Assembly (NCBI GenBank): GCA_016931225.1
Contig: JAFGFE010000031.1
Span: 72,746 to 136,745, forward strand
Source: Candidatus Zymogenaceae bacterium
GTDB taxonomy: Bacteria > Desulfobacterota > Zymogenia > Zymogenales > Zymogenaceae
Length of the DNA stretch: 64,000 bases
Reading direction: 5' to 3'
The notes under the pieces were generated by a model, which did not search any database, was not told where the DNA came from, and saw only the letters and a program-made list of their open reading frames with translations. The position numbers were made by a program, and so were the translations under genes. Within the stretch, counting starts at the first letter, position 1. Every line of letters begins with the position of its first letter. Below are positions 63,693-64,000 of this stretch, in pieces.

Positions 63693-64000
63693 TTATTTCG
63701 TATACTGAGAAAGCCTTTCGGCGACGGCCCTGCCCAGGTCGTAACAGCGCCCGAGCGCCTCTTCATCCGGAACGAACAGTGTACCGATCCCCTCACCCAC
63801 CAGCTCGACGCCCATCTCCTCCAGTATCCGGCTCAAATCCTTCACCGATTCCCCGCTCCATCCATAGGAGCCGAAGGCGGCGCCGATGAGGTTTTTGGGC
63901 TTGAGCCCCTTCAGGTACGTCAGCGTATCCGCCAATGTCGGGAATATCTGATTGTTCATCGTGGGTGATCCCACCACCAACGCCCCGGCGTTGAGGATTT
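63693..64000 (-). CDS. Flavodiiron protein, C-terminal flavodoxin-like domain fragment (runs off the right edge)
   Basis: The reading frame stays open to position 64000 (..[20 protein letters not shown]...[11 protein letters not shown]). This is the typical FDP flavodoxin domain. Confidence 0.7.
   Translation of the reverse strand, partial: ILNAGALVVGSPTMNNQIFPTLADTLTYLKGLKPKNLIGAAFGSYGWSGESVKDLSRILEEMGVELVGEGIGTLFVPDEEALGRCYDLGRAVAERLSQYTK

Noticed and set aside
1-64000. Mobile elements, prophage, defence islands, CRISPR arrays, tRNA/rRNA genes
   Set aside because: Reading all ORFs of 60 aa or more and the intergenic regions, I found none. There is no integrase, transposase or recombinase, no terminal inverted repeats, no spacer-repeat periodicity and no cloverleaf-sized conserved RNA. 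A covariance-model scan (tRNAscan/Infernal) would be needed to exclude small RNAs formally.

Overview
GC-rich chromosomal segment with the gene content of a strict anaerobe: tungsten aldehyde:ferredoxin oxidoreductase, HgdA/HgdB-family Fe-S dehydratase proteins, a flavodiiron protein and an MJ0042-type zinc ribbon. The content looks Desulfobacterota-like, but the taxon cannot be proven from sequence alone. I call 67 protein genes (two run off the window edges). I saw no rRNA, tRNA, CRISPR array, transposase or integrase. Blocks: (1) 0-5.3 kb holds a PLP dehydratase fragment, a CN-hydrolase, and an IlvD/Edd dehydratase plus IolD-like ThDP enzyme. (2) 5.5-6.6 kb is a visibly AT-richer islet with an XRE regulator and an ImmA/IrrE-like protein lacking the HEXXH zinc site. 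(3) 6.7-13.2 kb is mixed: KDSR-like SDR, ABM, GNAT, two USPs, TauE, a phosphoesterase and a TPR protein. (4) 13.2-30.5 kb is a one-directional supercluster. It contains TetR, two YgjG-like class-III aminotransferases flanking an SCP2 protein, two paralogous APC permeases, a split transketolase, a second SCP2-like protein, alanine dehydrogenase, a MoxR AAA+/VWA pair, an HgdA/HgdB-like pair with no activator ATPase, a MoaD-like protein and W-AOR. This is my best candidate for an undescribed amine or amino-acid catabolic system. (5) 30.7-36 kb holds TsaC, a zinc-ribbon response regulator, nikR-nikM-PDGLE, and two orphan Opp-type ATPases. (6) 36-40 kb holds two lysophospholipase-like hydrolases, an M50 protease, a DUF2148-like protein and an SPFH protein. 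(7) 40-43.4 kb is a BKACE (kce) plus CoA-transferase operon with a consensus promoter, a palindromic operator and a terminator. (8) 43.4-45.3 kb is an orphan B12-radical-SAM gene preceded by an SD-equipped 23-codon ORF. (9) 45.4-50.2 kb holds detached cbiQ/cbiO, a minimal HDAC, a hydrolase and a membrane phosphoesterase. (10) 50.4-60.3 kb runs promoter, Moco/Tuco-type riboswitch candidate, terminator, tupA-tupA-tupB-tupC, then moeA, moeA-PBP fusion, moaA, moaC, MOSC and mogA. (11) 60.3-64 kb is an operon of three phosphatase superfamilies, a flavin reductase and a flavodiiron fragment. All functional calls rest on motif recognition by eye, and start codons were refined by SD inspection.
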